Counted from the stretch's first letter, positions 14,841 through 34,157 are shown. The stretch is 64,000 nucleotides of DNA from Eledone cirrhosa (GCA_964016885.1 OZ024746.1:62000001-62064000), one strand, 5' to 3'. Numbers and translations: made by a program. The notes: generated from the sequence alone by a model not told the origin.

Positions 14841-15311
14841 AATACAGCATCAAAGGAAATACTTATTTTAAAATATATTTTTTTCCATAATGTTTAAATA
14901 TTGTGTGGTGGGAGGAGGGGGAGTAGATCTGGTTAGGAGGATAAGTGTGAGGAGGGGCTAAGGAAAGGATGAAGGAAAGTAAAAGAAACGAAGCAAAGTG
15001 AGAAAGGGGGAAGAGAAAGGAGAGGAAAGAGGTGAGGGAGAGTGAGAGGAGATGAGAGAGAGAGAGGAAAAGGGAGAAGGAGGAGATGGAAGGAGAGGAA
15101 CGGGTGAGGGTGAGAGATGAGAGAGAGAGAGAGGAGAGGAGAGAGGAGAGAGGAGAGAGGGAAGAGGAGTTAAAAGATGGCAATGGTTGCAGTTGCAAAC
15201 ATTTAGAAGCTAGACAATCCTACTACTTTGCTAACTAAAAGTGATATTATGCAGACACTTACTTAATCATATAAAAATATATAGACAAAAGCACACACGT
15301 TTACTAATGTG

Positions 15312-15376
<65 letters not shown>

Positions 15377-15377
15377 T

Positions 15378-15657
15378 TAAAAGAATAGAGGTGTAACACA
15401 CAAGTTATGATATATTGGTAAACGGAAAAGAAAATGCTGACAAATTGTTCACAGTGAAAAATAGTTTAATTAGGAATAAGTGAGAATTAGTAATAGTATT
15501 GGTTAGTATTCAGTTTTGGTTTTAACTTTTACCGGTTGCGCATTTCTAATGCTTTTCAAAAATAATTTTGAGATAGAGCGTCCGTGATGTTTGCTCTAAT
15601 CAGATTAGAGCAAACATCACGGACGCTCTATCTCAAAATTATTTTTGAAAAGCATTG
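15378..15657. repeat. Inverted-repeat element whose right arm is cut by a SINE; related copy at ~56427-56588
   Basis: Palindrome centred near 15602. The tail matches 56450-56588 in reverse. Confidence 0.6.
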
Positions 15658-15983
15658 AGTTCAAATCCCGCCGAGGTTGACTTTGCCTTTCATCCTTACG
15701 GGGTCGATAAAATAAAGTACCAGTAATGCACTGGGTAATTGCTGTCCTTGTGCCTAAAGTAGAAACAATTATTATTACTATATATATATATATAGTAATA
15801 ATAAATTTGAAGACTAAAATCCAAAGAGGGCTGGATAAGGATAAATATATATCAAATATATAAGAACTCTAGAGCAAATATTTATTAAAATAACAGATTA
15901 AAGTTTAAGCAAAGAATCGCTGCTTTCACCCTTAACGGGATCTTCTGATATATATATGTGTGTGTGTGTATGTATCGACATTC

Positions 15984-16190
15984 GATCGACTTTCGTCAAA
16001 TCAGACCGAGGAAACAATGTTTCCATTGGTCTTTCCAATTGCTAATACTTTCTATCGGTCGCAACTCCAGATAGAAGGAGCAACGTGAAATAAAGTGTCT
16101 TGCCCAAGGACATAACGCACCGCCCGGTCCGAGAATCGAACTCACAACCTTACGATTGAGAGTCCAATTCTCTAACCACTCAGCCACGCG

Positions 16191-16192
<2 letters not shown>
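15984..16192 (-). mobile_element. tRNA-derived SINE-2 (CORE-like domain); other copies at 26498-26707-, 7706-7857+ and 34410-34535+
   Basis: GGCGCGTGGCTGAGTGGTTAG (A box), GAGTTCGATTC (B box) and TGTCCTTGGGCAAGACACTTT. Confidence 0.82.
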
Positions 16193-16255
<63 letters not shown>

Positions 16256-16257
<2 letters not shown>

Positions 16258-16616
16258 AACAGAAATTGAGGTGCAATGTATGTGGCCGATTTCTACTAAC
16301 AAGAGCTGGTTTTGTTAACCATCTGAAACCATACGAGCCAGGGAGAAGTCAAGCCACACGTGAGATGGTTCTACCACTACACACTCCATGGTAACATTTG
16401 CAGTAAGTGTGGCTTCATTTGCAAATCAGCTAGTGGATTGACCAGGCACGAAGATACACCTCAGCTGGTATTGCCAGAAGACAGACAGTTCAAGTGTCAT
16501 ATCTGTGAAACAAACCTGCAAAACAAAAGCGGGTCTGAAAAGTCACCTGTGTGCACATATGATCCTGCAATGTTCAATGAAGGGATGGCACTCTTCTGAC
16601 AAGAAATAGCAATCAG
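16256..16616 (+). pseudogene. LINE (RTE-like) 3' end with C2H2 zinc-finger remnants
   Basis: CNVCGRFLLTRAGFVNHL, CSKCGFICKSASGLTRH and FKCHICE...KAGLKSHL across frameshifts, bounded by microsatellites. Confidence 0.55.
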
Positions 16617-17179
<563 letters not shown>

Positions 17180-17288
17180 GGAGAGCATTCATACGAACGA
17201 AATAGTTCTAGTCCTGTAGAAGCCATTTCTATATGATGTTTTCACTCTACTAATGTATTGAGTACCTTATTCACTATGGTTACCCCCG

Positions 17289-17352
<64 letters not shown>

Positions 17353-17355
<3 letters not shown>

Positions 17356-17545
17356 GAAGGAAATGTGGTAAGGAACCAGGTGGACCATAACGCACCAAAG
17401 TACTCAATACTTAGGGCAGTAGAGAGTGGGCAATAGGAACGAGTGGGACCCCGACGGCTGAGCTCTAGCCGTTTCGACGGCTAATTCTGGACTCAGAATT
17501 AGCCGTCGAAACGGCTTGAGCTCAGCCGTTGAGGTCCCATTCGTT

Positions 17546-17548
<3 letters not shown>
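17353..17548. mobile_element. Family A inverted-repeat element
   Basis: Same architecture, centred near 17493. Confidence 0.7.
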
Positions 17549-17634
<86 letters not shown>

Positions 17635-17639
17635 GGGGA

Positions 17640-17679
<40 letters not shown>

Positions 17680-17889
17680 TCTCGTGGGTAACCATAGTGA
17701 ATAAGGTACTCAATACATTAGTAGAGTGAAAACATCATATAGAAATAGAAATGGCTTCTACAGGACTAGAACTATTTCGTTCGTATGAATGCTCTCCTGA
17801 TATTTCATACGAATGAAACAGTTCTAGTCCTGTAGAAGCCAGTTCTATATTATATATCTGTGTGTGTGTATATATATATGTGTGTGTAT

Positions 17890-17927
<38 letters not shown>

Positions 17928-18266
17928 TATATAGGTATGACTTCTACAGGACTAGAACTATTTCATTCGTATGAATTTATCAACTTGTGAGCGAGCGAGT
18001 GTATATTGTCTGGAACATTTTGACGGTCATAAGTTGGTTTATGATTCTAGACGAATGAAACAGTTCTAGTCCTGTAGAAGTCATTTCTATATAAAATATT
18101 TATCCTTATTCTCTACTCTTATTTAATTGGGTATTTTTCCCAATCCGCTTCATAACAACATATTTATATATACATATATATACATATTGGGTCGTCAAGT
18201 ATGAACTTTGTAGAAATTTGGAGAAAAAAAACAAACAAATTTCTACAAATTTATATACTTGACGAC

Positions 18267-18346
<80 letters not shown>

Positions 18347-18839
18347 TGTGTGTGTGTGTGTGTGTGCGTGTGTGTGCGTGTGCTGTTGTTGAAAATGTTA
18401 ATATGTAAAAACTAGTTAATACACATTCAAAATAGAATACTTGATGTAGGATTAGTGGAGTTATAATATGTATTAAATTATACTCTTACCCACACTCTGG
18501 AAGCATTGAAATAAAGACGGGAAATTGTCACTAGATATGAGTAGTTGAAAGAATTAAGAGATTTTGACGGAAGGGGAAGGTGGAGGCAAAACGTAGATAA
18601 GAGAATATGTAGGCGGTAAAAAGTGAGATAGGAATCAATAAATTTTCCTTTATAAAGATTAAGAAATATAATATATTTAATTATATCAATATGTGTGAAA
18701 GATGGGTTTGAAAATTAAGTAGCGGATAGAAGTTGTAAACGTGGAAGAAAGGGATTAGTGAATGTAAATGAAAACAACTGAAGGAAAGAAACAAGATATT
18801 GGTTGAGAGGGGATTACTTTGTTATTAGGTTCTCTCTCG

Positions 18840-19430
18840 AATGAAATAATATGCAGTCAGTAAGCGTATAGTCCTCCGCTTACAAGCTTATACTGCAATA
18901 CATGGGGAAGCGCAGCACACAAGTAACAGTTAAAGGCAAATCAAAAGACATTGAGCCCCGGGTCATTGTCGCCTTTGTTAAACAACATTAGCATATATAT
19001 GATGAGGGGTAAGTATGAACATAACCCCTAAGTATCACAAGGCTATTCCAGAAGGTTATCCCGTTATGGGCGCAGAATGATGATTGGGGGAGGGGGGAGG
19101 GTATGAACATAACCCCTAAGTATCACAAGGCCATTCCAGAACGTTGTCCCGTTATGGGCGCAGAATGAAAAGCAATAAGACTGATGATGCAGGGCAGAAG
19201 GCCCAGTTGCTACACTTGTGGCAGGAAGAGATACTTGAGAACTTTTTTGTTCTGTGGAGCTGAAAACAAAACCCTGCAACGGACTAGTTTCTGCGTCTTG
19301 TCTTCCTGTAGCACCAACAGTAATATCACCAGTTACATTTTCGAGGAAGACTGAACAATCTACCTTTTCATTGGTTCCAGAAGTGGACGATATAAAGTTA
19401 CGTTCTAAATCCCGAACTAGTAAAGAAAAC
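18840..19430 (+). mobile_element. Possible LINE ORF1 (gag knuckle) remnant with a ~68-bp local duplication
   Basis: QGRRPSCYTCGR near 19190-19226. 19012-19080 is repeated at 19101-19169. Confidence 0.4.
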
Positions 19431-19473
19431 TAGAGAGCCGAACAAAATTTATTGTTGTATTAAATCTCTCTCA

Positions 19474-19551
<78 letters not shown>

Positions 19552-19634
19552 CCCAGAACCACAGTAAGTAAGGTACTCAATACAAAGCAGAGTATAATTA
19601 TTTAATATAGAAATGCTTCTACAGTACTAAGCCT

Positions 19635-19681
<47 letters not shown>

Positions 19682-20117
19682 GCCAACACCACCAAGCTTC
19701 CTTGGTGAGGAGGGTGATATTTGGACACCCTGCGGGATGAAATACAAGACCCGGCAAAGGGCGGAGAAACTCAGCAGAGTCAACGGCCATCCAAATAGTT
19801 TGTTTTTTTTTTCCACTTGTGAGTGAAAGGCCCCCAGTTGCTGTCACAACACCTTTCTAAGAGAGGGAAACTCTGAAAAATAAACCTGCGGCTTCAGAAG
19901 CATCCGATGATGTTGACTCCTTTTCGGGTAGTCTTTTCGATGCTCAGAGAGTGGGATTAGTCGAGTGCAAGGCCTTTCCCCACTTAAAAAACCTTCAAAG
20001 CACAGGCATTGCTTATTCAGGATATGTTACAGTTTCGTGTGGAGGGCCGTAGCCTAAAAGTGCATCAAACTCTATAATCTGACAAGCGATTGCAATACTC
20101 TTAGCTGAGTTTGCAGC

Positions 20118-23390
<3,273 letters not shown>

Positions 23391-23885
23391 GATATGACTT
23401 CTACAGGACTAGAACTGTTTCATTCGTATGAAATTATCAACTTGTGAGCGAGTATATTTTGTCTGTATGTTGTATTAAGAGGTTCTGTGTTCAAATTTGG
23501 CCAGAGTCAATGTTGACTATTATTCTTCCGAAGTCGATAAAATAAAGTACCAGTAATACACTGGGATAATTGCTGGCCTTATGCCAAAAGTAGAAACAAT
23601 TATTACTTCAACATGGATGGATATGTAGAGTCCTGGCTTTATGTTCTTGAGTTCAAATCTCACCGAAATCGACGTCTTTTTTTCATTCTCCTGGGGTTGA
23701 TTAGATAAATTCCAGCCAAATACTGTGGTTGATATAATAATCAATATCCTCCTCCAACATATGTGGCCTTGTTTCGATGAAAGAAATAATTATTACCAGT
23801 CATACACTGGGTCGATTTAATCGACTTCCCCTTCCTCAAAATTGCTGGACTTGTGCCTATATAAGATACCATTCTATTTGAAGAA

Positions 23886-23925
<40 letters not shown>

Positions 23926-23962
23926 CTACTCCTACTCCTACTATTATTATTACTATTATTAT

Positions 23963-24039
<77 letters not shown>

Positions 24040-24043
24040 TTAT

Positions 24044-24105
<62 letters not shown>

Positions 24106-25145
24106 TTATTATTATTATTACTACTACTACTACTACTACTACTGCACAGTATGTCAACACGACGCTCTACTAGTGATCCATGCGCTCTTCAGATATTAAC
24201 TTATCAATTAGACATTGGAAACTTCACATCTTTCGAGTTGAACAAAGACCGAAACTTGTTTCAACAAATTTCTCTTTCAATTTATACAAACTTTGATTCT
24301 CCACCATAATCAATACAAGAGAAAATTAGAATTTTAAAATATAATATAATATAATAAAATATAATATAATATAATGAGATATAATATAATATAGTTAAAA
24401 GATAAACAAAAAAATACATGCTGCAAGTTGTTTTATGTTTGTAATTGTCAGTAGTTTTAGCGACAGTGGATGACGTCTGCTGTTTTCGCCATTAGCAATG
24501 TACAGACGATAAATGATATATGATTATTCGTGTAAATTAATGATTGCTACCCAACTTCCATGTTCTCTGATTAGTTACTTAATAGCAGGTTATCAGTTCT
24601 TTTTTTTTTGCTTTATTTATTAATTAGTCTCGCTCCACCACCACCACTACCACCACAACAATCACCACCACCACCTCTACCACCGTCTCGTTAATTAGTA
24701 GACGTCAGTTAGAGTTGTTTATGATCCAGCAAACAGTTTCATTGCAACCAATTAAAGTACCTTTGCTATTAGTTGTTACATGGAACACGTTTGCACACAC
24801 ATACACACACATACGCATATACACGCACATACATACACACAGACACATATATATACATACTCACATACACACACACGTACACACATACATACACATACAT
24901 ATACACATACACACATACATACACACATACACACATACATACACACAGACACATATATATACATACTCACATACACACACACGTACAGACATACATACAC
25001 ATATATATACATACACTTAATAAATGCAGCATATACGAAGATTCATACATAATAAATAATATATACTTGTACACTCACAAATACACGCACACGCGCACAT
25101 ACGCACTCACGCATTCACCCATACATATATATATACATACATATG

Positions 25146-25179
<34 letters not shown>

Positions 25180-25236
25180 TATACATATATTTATATGTAT
25201 ATATATACACATATGTATATATATATACATATACAC

Positions 25237-25278
<42 letters not shown>

Positions 25279-25352
25279 GTGTATATATATATATATATAT
25301 ACATATGTGTATATATATACATATAAATATATGTATATATATGTATATATAC

Positions 25353-25489
<137 letters not shown>

Positions 25490-25789
25490 TATATACACAC
25501 ATACGCAAGTATAGAAGAAAAGCTGTGCAATGTCGGTAATTGCTGGAAATCAAATAGACGGGACGAAACAATATCAACGGAACAAACAGTTTCTGGTCAT
25601 CCACCATCCTTTTTCAGCGCTAATATATTATGTATGGTAACTGCTTCGTCCAGAATATACTACAGCAACTAAATACCCAGCTTCTCCGGGAAGCTGTTAC
25701 TGGACTATTTCGTCCTGTTTCTCGGACAGTTAATGGGATATTTTTTGTAGTTACTTTGGTATATTATGTACATAGATGTTACCGTCAAT

Positions 25790-26190
25790 AATAAACAGAA
25801 ATTTGTTGGCATGTATTGGATGTCGGCGCCTAGAAAAGGATCACGCCCCATAGGTAATAAATAGTCCAGGGGATTGAGGTCTGGTGAGCTTAGAGGCTAT
25901 GTGTCTGGAAGAACGTAGTCCTGAAAATTGTCACGCTTTCTTGCTTGTGTCGCTCTGGCGCGGAGTCATGTTGGAAGAAGAACGGTCTTCTGTTACTTAC
26001 CCTGTCTATCCAGGGCTTCACAACTGTCCCCAGCACTTCTTTGTAGACAGCAGGGTTCACACTTAAGCCCTGAGAAAAAAATGAGGAGGCATGACATCTC
26101 CCTCGTTTCTGAAGACACCCAGATCCATCATAATCGCTGGAAATTTGGTATACATGACCCTTGGAACTTCATTTGGGTCTCTGCATAGCT
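25790..26190 (-). pseudogene. Degenerate Tc1/mariner-superfamily (maT/DD37D-like) transposase fragment
   Basis: Minus-strand motifs VLGTVVKPWIDR, FQHDSAP and PLSSPDLNPLDY..LWGVI, interrupted by frameshifts and stops. Confidence 0.8.
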
Positions 26191-26755
26191 ATCTATTCAT
26201 GGTTTCTTATATAGGCACAAGGCTAGCAATTTTGTGGGCGGGGAAAGTCGATTAAATCGAACCCCATAAGGCTAAAAGGTTAACCTCGGTGGGATTTGAA
26301 CTCAGATCATAAAAGGCCGTAACTCTATGCTGCAAAGCATGGAGCCCGACCCATTACCGATACTGTCAATTCACCACCTTATAGCTATCTATTAATAAGA
26401 GTTAAAATAAATAATAATAAAGAGTTAAAATAAATTCCAACAAGATTTATATATACATATATATATATATATAATTATATATATATATTTTTTTTAACGA
26501 TCGACTTTCGTCAAATCGGACCGAGGGAACAATGTTTCCGGTGGTCTTTCCAATTGCTAATACTATCTATCGGTCGCAACTCCAGGTAGAAGGAGCAACG
26601 TGAAATAAAGTGTCTTGCTCAAGGACATAACGCATCGCCTGGTCCAGGAATCGAACTCACAACCTTACGATTGCGAATCCAATTCTCTAACCACTCAGCC
26701 ACACGCCTTCACATTTATATATATATATATATACGGATATTACCTTCCAGTGTTC

Positions 26756-26807
<52 letters not shown>

Positions 26808-26818
26808 CCCCACTCTCT

Positions 26819-26894
<76 letters not shown>

Positions 26895-26917
26895 CTATCT
26901 ATATCTATATATATATA

Positions 26918-26981
<64 letters not shown>

Positions 26982-26992
26982 TAGAGAGTGGT

Positions 26993-27033
<41 letters not shown>

Positions 27034-27156
27034 GTAGAACACTGGAAGGTAATATCCGTAGTGGTAGAGCACTCAGTCCTTGGGACGAGTTAGGTAGATG
27101 TTGTGACACAACAGTTAGTTCACCATATGGTAAACTAACTCTTGTGTCACCACTTC

Positions 27157-27231
<75 letters not shown>

Positions 27232-27383
27232 TTGTGCATACACACATACATACAGATACGCCCAGAGAGAGGGGGAGAGAGAGTGAGGGAGTGAGACAGA
27301 TGTATATACGTATATACATATCTATATACATATATCCAGTTATGTGGACACACACGGACAAACACACACACACACACACACAA

Positions 27384-27442
<59 letters not shown>

Positions 27443-27547
27443 CACACACACACACACACATATATATATAAGTGATAAGTGATGAAGTTAAATATTATAA
27501 TTAAAATTTAAGAATATCAAAATCTATAAAAAAAATTTGATTGGACA

Positions 27548-27610
<63 letters not shown>

Positions 27611-28627
27611 ATATATCTGCATGTCCAATCAAATTTTTTTTATAGATTTTGATATTCTTAAATTTTAATTATAATATTTAACTTCATCACTTATCAGTAT
27701 AATTCAAACGAAAGCAATTACATATAATCATAATTGTTTCTACTTTAGGCACAAGGCCAGCAATTACCCAGTGCATTACTGGTACTTTATTTTATTGACC
27801 CCGTAAGGATGAAAGGCAAAGTCAACCTCGGCGGGATTTGAACTCAGATCGTAAAGGGACGTAACTAGGCTGGAAAGCATGGCGTCCGACCCTCTACTGA
27901 TACTGCCAATCCACATAATCATAATATAATAAAGGGTGGAGTGCGGGACCGCGTCCCGAATATATTTTTTTATCCCATTAGTAAAATAAGTTAGATTACT
28001 TTGAATAAATAATGAATGAATATTACATAATTTATCTACTAAATTTCGTAGCTGTTAATTAAACATAAATATTCTTATATATAATGATTGCTTATTTTCA
28101 GATTCACTTCTTTAAAATGTTCAAATGTCTACGCTTCCGGTTAGCGTCCGTCAAATCATAACACTTATTACATCGCTTATGTAAACATCCATATATTTGT
28201 ATCATTATATAAGGTTTCATTACATTTCACCGTAATGCAGTTTATATATAATATCGTCTTTTTTAAATGTATCATGGATTACTTTACTGATTACAGAAGA
28301 GGGTGTAACACAGTCTCTCTTCAATTTCTGTGCATATTGTCAATTACGATTTTATTTGACATATATCTACATGCATGTGTATTTGCATATAATATAAATA
28401 TGCACATTACATATGCTAGCAGAAAACCGCTCGTATGGTGGTTTTTCTGCTAGTTATACTTAAATAATTTAATCAAGTTTATAAACATACCAGTTGTTTT
28501 ATAAACATTGTCATATGTATATGTATATATACACACATAGACGGCCATGTATATTGCATGTATGTATGTATGTATGTATGTATGTATGTATGTATGTATG
28601 TATGTATGTATGTATGTATGTATGTAT

Positions 28628-28878
28628 GTTTTCTCTTTCTATTAATTTCGAGTATATTTTTTTGACCGGCCACCTTCCTGGTGGCAAGGTTGTAAAAGAA
28701 AAGAAATTGTCATCCCTTGAATCGCAAGAATGTTTTGCAAATTTTGAAGGTGCCAGCTATCGCAGCCATTTGTAGACTATGAATTAGGGAGCTGCGCTTT
28801 TTGTCCGCAAATCCAAGTTCAGTCAAACTTTGGTCCAAGCGGGTTGGTATATAACCCGTAGCACCAATAATGATGGGT
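28628..28878 (-). mobile_element. Shorter copy of the R4/Dong-like 3' end
   Basis: Near identical to 42075-42315 and embedded in (TATG)n. Confidence 0.72.
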
Positions 28879-28912
<34 letters not shown>

Positions 28913-29299
28913 TGTATGTATGTATGTATGTATGTATGTATGTATGTATGTATGTATGTGTGGTGTGTGTATGTGTGTGGGTGCGTGTATGTGTGTATGT
29001 ATGTATGAGAATGTTCCCTCTTTGAATTTTAGTGTTTATTTTGACGGCCGCCCGCTCGACAAGCTGGTCATGAAGGGATATTTGCAATACCCATATTTCC
29101 AAAATGGCTGACTGAATACACGTTTTTTTTCTTTTTCTGTTTCTTCTTCTCCTCACTCTCTATCATTCTGTTTCATCTTTTATTTCTCATTCTATCTGCT
29201 ATATATATACCAGCGTATCCTACTACATATACCAAACGTTAAACTAATATATTTCTTCATTGTACTGTGTTGTTTGTTTTGTTATTTCAGTTTACTGTT

Positions 29300-29367
<68 letters not shown>

Positions 29368-29599
29368 CATATATATGTGTGTGTGTACATACACAAATAT
29401 ATAATGATGCTAATGCAAGTTTATCTTTATATGTAATCAAAATTCTGGTCTAAAATGATAGCAAAATTCCTTTGTCTGTCCCAAAGTAGATGACCATAAA
29501 ATGACCATGAATCAATATAAATCAATGTAACATTATTTATAGCGATCGACTATTATTATGGTCATTTGCGTTGGGACACATACATTTCTAATGTATTTT

Positions 29600-30373
29600 A
29601 ATAATTGTTTCTACTTTTGGCACCAGGCCAGCAATTATCCCAGAGCATAACTGGTACTTTATTTTATCTATCCCTCGGCGGGATTTGAACTCAGATCATA
29701 AAGGGCCGTAACTCTATGCTGTAAAGCATTGCGTCCGACCTTCTACCGATAAATAAAGATATATTTCTTATCAATTTTGCAAATTTATATTTACTGCTTT
29801 TATTTAATATGGTTCTCTTCACACTTTCTTCATCTTTCCATCTTTCAACGTAGATTCAATTCTTTTTTTACATCGATTTCCCCTCGTCAAAGAAAATTCC
29901 CTTTTTCATTCTTTCACAAACAATGTAGTATATTAGAATATACTATACAGAGCCACACAGCAGATAATATTTTAAATAATTGTTTCTACTTTTGGACCAA
30001 TGCCAGCAATTACTCAGTGCATTACTGGTACTTTATTTTATCGACCCCGTAAGGATGAAAGGCAAAGTTAACCTCGGCGGGATTTGAACTCAGAATAACA
30101 AGGGCCGTGGCTCTATACGTCAAAGCATGGCGTCCGACCCTCTACCGATACTGCCAATTCACTGCCGAGATTCAGTATAATAATTGTTTCTACTGTTGGC
30201 ACAAGGCCAGCAATTATCCCAGTGCATTACTGGTACTTTATTTTATCGACCCCCGTAAGGATGAAAGGCAAAGTTAACCTCGGCGGGATTTGAACTCAGA
30301 ATGGCAAGGGCCGTGACTCTATGCGTCAAAGCATGGCGTCCGACCCTCTACCGATACTGCCAATCCATCGCCC
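29600..30373 (-). mobile_element. Three SINE-1 copies
   Basis: 29600-29750, 29975-30170 and 30180-30373 match the SINE-1 consensus in reverse. Confidence 0.85.
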
Positions 30374-30559
30374 TTTTTAAATAATAAAACTAAACCTATA
30401 TAGAGTTAGAAAACTCTCTCTGGTGGTTCAGAAATGTAATTTCATATTTTCCAACGCTACATTAACATCAAACAGGGATCTGTTGCAAGAGCAAGTCACT
30501 CTTGTGTATTGGCTGTCTTTTACCTCTGTCGTCCACACAAATATATCGTTCTAACATAA

Positions 30560-31393
30560 TATACACCCACCACATATATATATATATATATACACACAGC
30601 ACACACTCACCACATATATACACTCACCACATATATACACTCACCACATATATATATATACACACTGCACACACTTACCACATTTATATATATACAAACA
30701 GCACCATCATCACACAGCAGATATATACACACACAGCACACACTCACCACATATATATATACACTCACCACATATATATATACACTCACCACATATATAC
30801 ACACACCACTTATATACACACACACACACAGCACCATCATTACACAGCAGACATATACACACACAACACACACTCACCACATATATATACACTCACCACA
30901 TATATATACACACACAGTACCATCATCACGCAGCAGACATATACACACACACCTCACTACACACACCACATATATATACACACACACACTCACCACATAT
31001 ATACACCCACCACTTATATATATATAAATATACACACACACACAGCACCATCATTACACAGCAGACATATACACACACACCTCACTACACACACCACATA
31101 TATACACCCACCACTTATATATATATATACACACACAGCACCATCATTACACAGCAGACATATACACACACACCTCACTACACACACCACATATATACAC
31201 CCACCACTTATATATATATATACACACACACAGCACCATCATTACACAGCAGACATATACACACACACCTCACTACACACACCACATATATACACCCACC
31301 ACTTATATATACACACACACACACACAGCACCATCATTACACAGCAGACATATACACACACAGCACACACTCACCACATATATACACCCACCA

Positions 31394-31456
<63 letters not shown>

Positions 31457-31590
31457 ACAGCACCATCATCACACAGCAGACATATACACACACAACACAC
31501 ACTCACCACATATATACACCCACCACTTATATATATATATACACACACAGCACCATCATCACCCACCGCATATGTACACACACAGCACGA
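30560..31590. repeat. Complex CA/TA-derived minisatellite
   Basis: CAGCACCATCATTACACAGCAGACATATACAC units recur. Confidence 0.85.
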
Positions 31591-31593
31591 GCA

Positions 31594-31681
<88 letters not shown>

Positions 31682-31946
31682 ACACACACACCACTACACA
31701 CACAGTACACACTCACCACACATATACACACAAACGTATTTGTACACACACACATCTCCTTCTCCCCGTCTCCTTTCTTTTCCCACTTCATATCACTCTC
31801 TCTCTTCCTCCCTATCTTTCTCTCTCTCTCTTCCCCCCTCCCTATCTTTCTCTTTTTTCTCTCGCTCTCTCCCTTCCTCCTTCCCTATCTTTCTCTTTCT
31901 TTCTTTCTCTTTCTCTCTCTTTCTCTCTCTTCCTCCCTCCCTATCT

Positions 31947-32003
<57 letters not shown>

Positions 32004-32661
32004 TCTGTCTCTCTCTCTTCCCCCCTCCCTCTCTTCCTCTTTCTCTCTCTCTCTCTCTTCTTTCTCTCTCTGTTTCCTTTTCTCTCCTCACTCCCTATCA
32101 CTGCCAGTTCTGACCGACTCTCACTCTCTCTCCTCTCTACCCCCTCCCTCCCTCCCCCTCCTTTCTCTCCTCCCTCCCTATCACTGCCAGTTCTGACCGA
32201 CTCTCACTCCCTCTCCTCTCTACCCCCCTCTCCCTCTCTCTCATCCTCCTCCCTCCCTCCCTCTCTTTTCTCTCCTCACTCCATACCACTGCCAGTTCCA
32301 TATATCCCCAGATCTTTCCCTCCAATAGCCAGTATTCAATATTTCAAAGGAAACATTAACGACACAGTCTACCTACACACACACCCTGCTCTACACAGTC
32401 TACCTACTCACACACCCTGCTCTACACAGTCTACCTACTCACACACCCTGCTCTTATCAATAACCTACGATCTAGGGAAATCTTGCAGAGGTTAACAGCA
32501 TTAACCTGCCTCCTTACAATAATGAAGTAAAACCAACATAAACACTTCACACATATATTTTCTTCTATCTCATACTTGAAGACTTGTCTACGGTTTTCAT
32601 AATATCCAGCTTCTTAAAGTGTGGGATAGAGGCATTCACACACACATGCGCATATACAAAC

Positions 32662-32724
<63 letters not shown>

Positions 32725-32728
<4 letters not shown>

Positions 32729-33150
32729 GGAGGTGAGTTTTATTGTAGTACAATAAAGCAATGCAGATATCGGATAAGAAGCACTCTACAGTTTGTAGGA
32801 CTGGAGTATACATAATATAAGATCAAAAGATGGTTAAAGGAGTTCCATGTATTTTATTATGCGCATTTCAAAAACAAACATCATCATGCAATAATATTTG
32901 TGTTTTCATCAGATAAAACAGGAGAACATGATATGAAGGCTAAAAACACTTGTGGATAGTGCAGTTTTAAATCAACATATAATAACATGATATGTTGATT
33001 TAAAACTGCACTATCCACAAGTGTTTTTAGCCTTCATATCATGTTCTCCTGTTTTATCTGATGAAAACACAAATATTATTGCATGATGATGTTTGTTTTT
33101 GAAATGCGCATAATAAAATACATGGAACTCCTTTAACCATCTTTTGATCT

Positions 33151-33158
<8 letters not shown>
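32725..33158. mobile_element. Family B hammerhead inverted-repeat element, opposite orientation (ribozyme 33052-33118 +, mirror on -)
   Basis: Nearly identical to 16727-17120. A tail-only piece of the same family lies at ~57672-57818. Confidence 0.78.
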
Positions 33159-33238
<80 letters not shown>

Positions 33239-33240
<2 letters not shown>

Positions 33241-33709
33241 GATATTAAATAAATGGAAACTATATTTATAAAACCATATTTATTTCATTATACATATTTC
33301 AGTGATACCAAATTAAAATATGGTATGCCTTCATCAGACAAAATACAATATATAAACAGTTTTATAAATAATTTTGACGTACCCTATTAGATGCAACCAT
33401 TATTTTGGGAAGCTGTCTGGCTTTGGAAGCTGTCTGACTATCCAGACAGCTTCCCAAAATAATGGTTGCATCTAATAGAGTACGTCAAAATTATTTATAA
33501 AACTGTTTATATATTGTATTTTGTCTGATGAAGACATACCATATTTTAATTTGGTATCCCTGAAATATGTATAATGAAATAAATATGGTTTTATAAATAT
33601 AGTTTCCATTTATTTAATATCGTATATCTACTCCAAAAACTTGTCGAGTGCTTTATATCAGTTATAAAATATTTACTTGTTGTATCCCAACAATTTTAAA
33701 TAGAACTTT

Positions 33710-33713
<4 letters not shown>
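33239..33713. mobile_element. Family C hammerhead inverted-repeat element (ribozyme 33517-33581 +, mirror copy on -)
   Basis: Arms ~33239-33420 and ~33442-33625, with a tail to 33713. Core CTGATGA...GAAAT ATGT ATA. Flanked by (TA)n. Further family C pieces lie at ~36160-36540, 37723-37903 and 52803-53085. Confidence 0.75.
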
Positions 33714-33760
<47 letters not shown>

Positions 33761-34021
33761 CGTAAAATAAGAAAATTATAAAAATTAACTTACTTACTAA
33801 AATATATATATATATATTGTTATACTTTGGGAGGGTCATATTTGTGTAATATTGCCACAATTAATAACAGAACACACTCACTGTTTGGTTGGTTTTCGCT
33901 TCTCGCTTCTGTGTCTTTTATATCGGTAATCTAACTTACTCGGTCCTCAATGTTGCCATTGACTGATCAACGGTCAAAAACAATACAGATACAATATAGA
34001 CACAAACACATATATATAGTT

Positions 34022-34066
34022 TATCATAAATCTTTCGTTGCACATCTGCAACATCGTCAGTGGTGC
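34022..34066 (-). ncRNA. Degenerate hammerhead-like core
   Basis: CUGACGA U-GUUGCA-GAUG-UGCAAC GAAAG AU UUA. Stem II is perfect, stem I is weak. Confidence 0.4.
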
Positions 34067-34101
34067 TATCGTTTCCTCCTGTTGTATTGTATGTCTACGC
34101 C

Positions 34102-34157
<56 letters not shown>

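Noticed and set aside
16256-16616. Host C2H2 zinc-finger gene exon
   Set aside because: Frameshifted, lacks TGEKP linkers, and resembles the finger remnant in the RTE-derived family.
28415-28454. Hairpin plus CTAG as a Helitron 3' end
   Set aside because: A single short motif with no identifiable 5' end or second copy.
30502-32495. 564-aa and 307-aa ORFs, and the many YI/HT/CV/LS ORFs across the window
   Set aside because: They are translations of TA, CA and CT microsatellites that simply lack stop codons.
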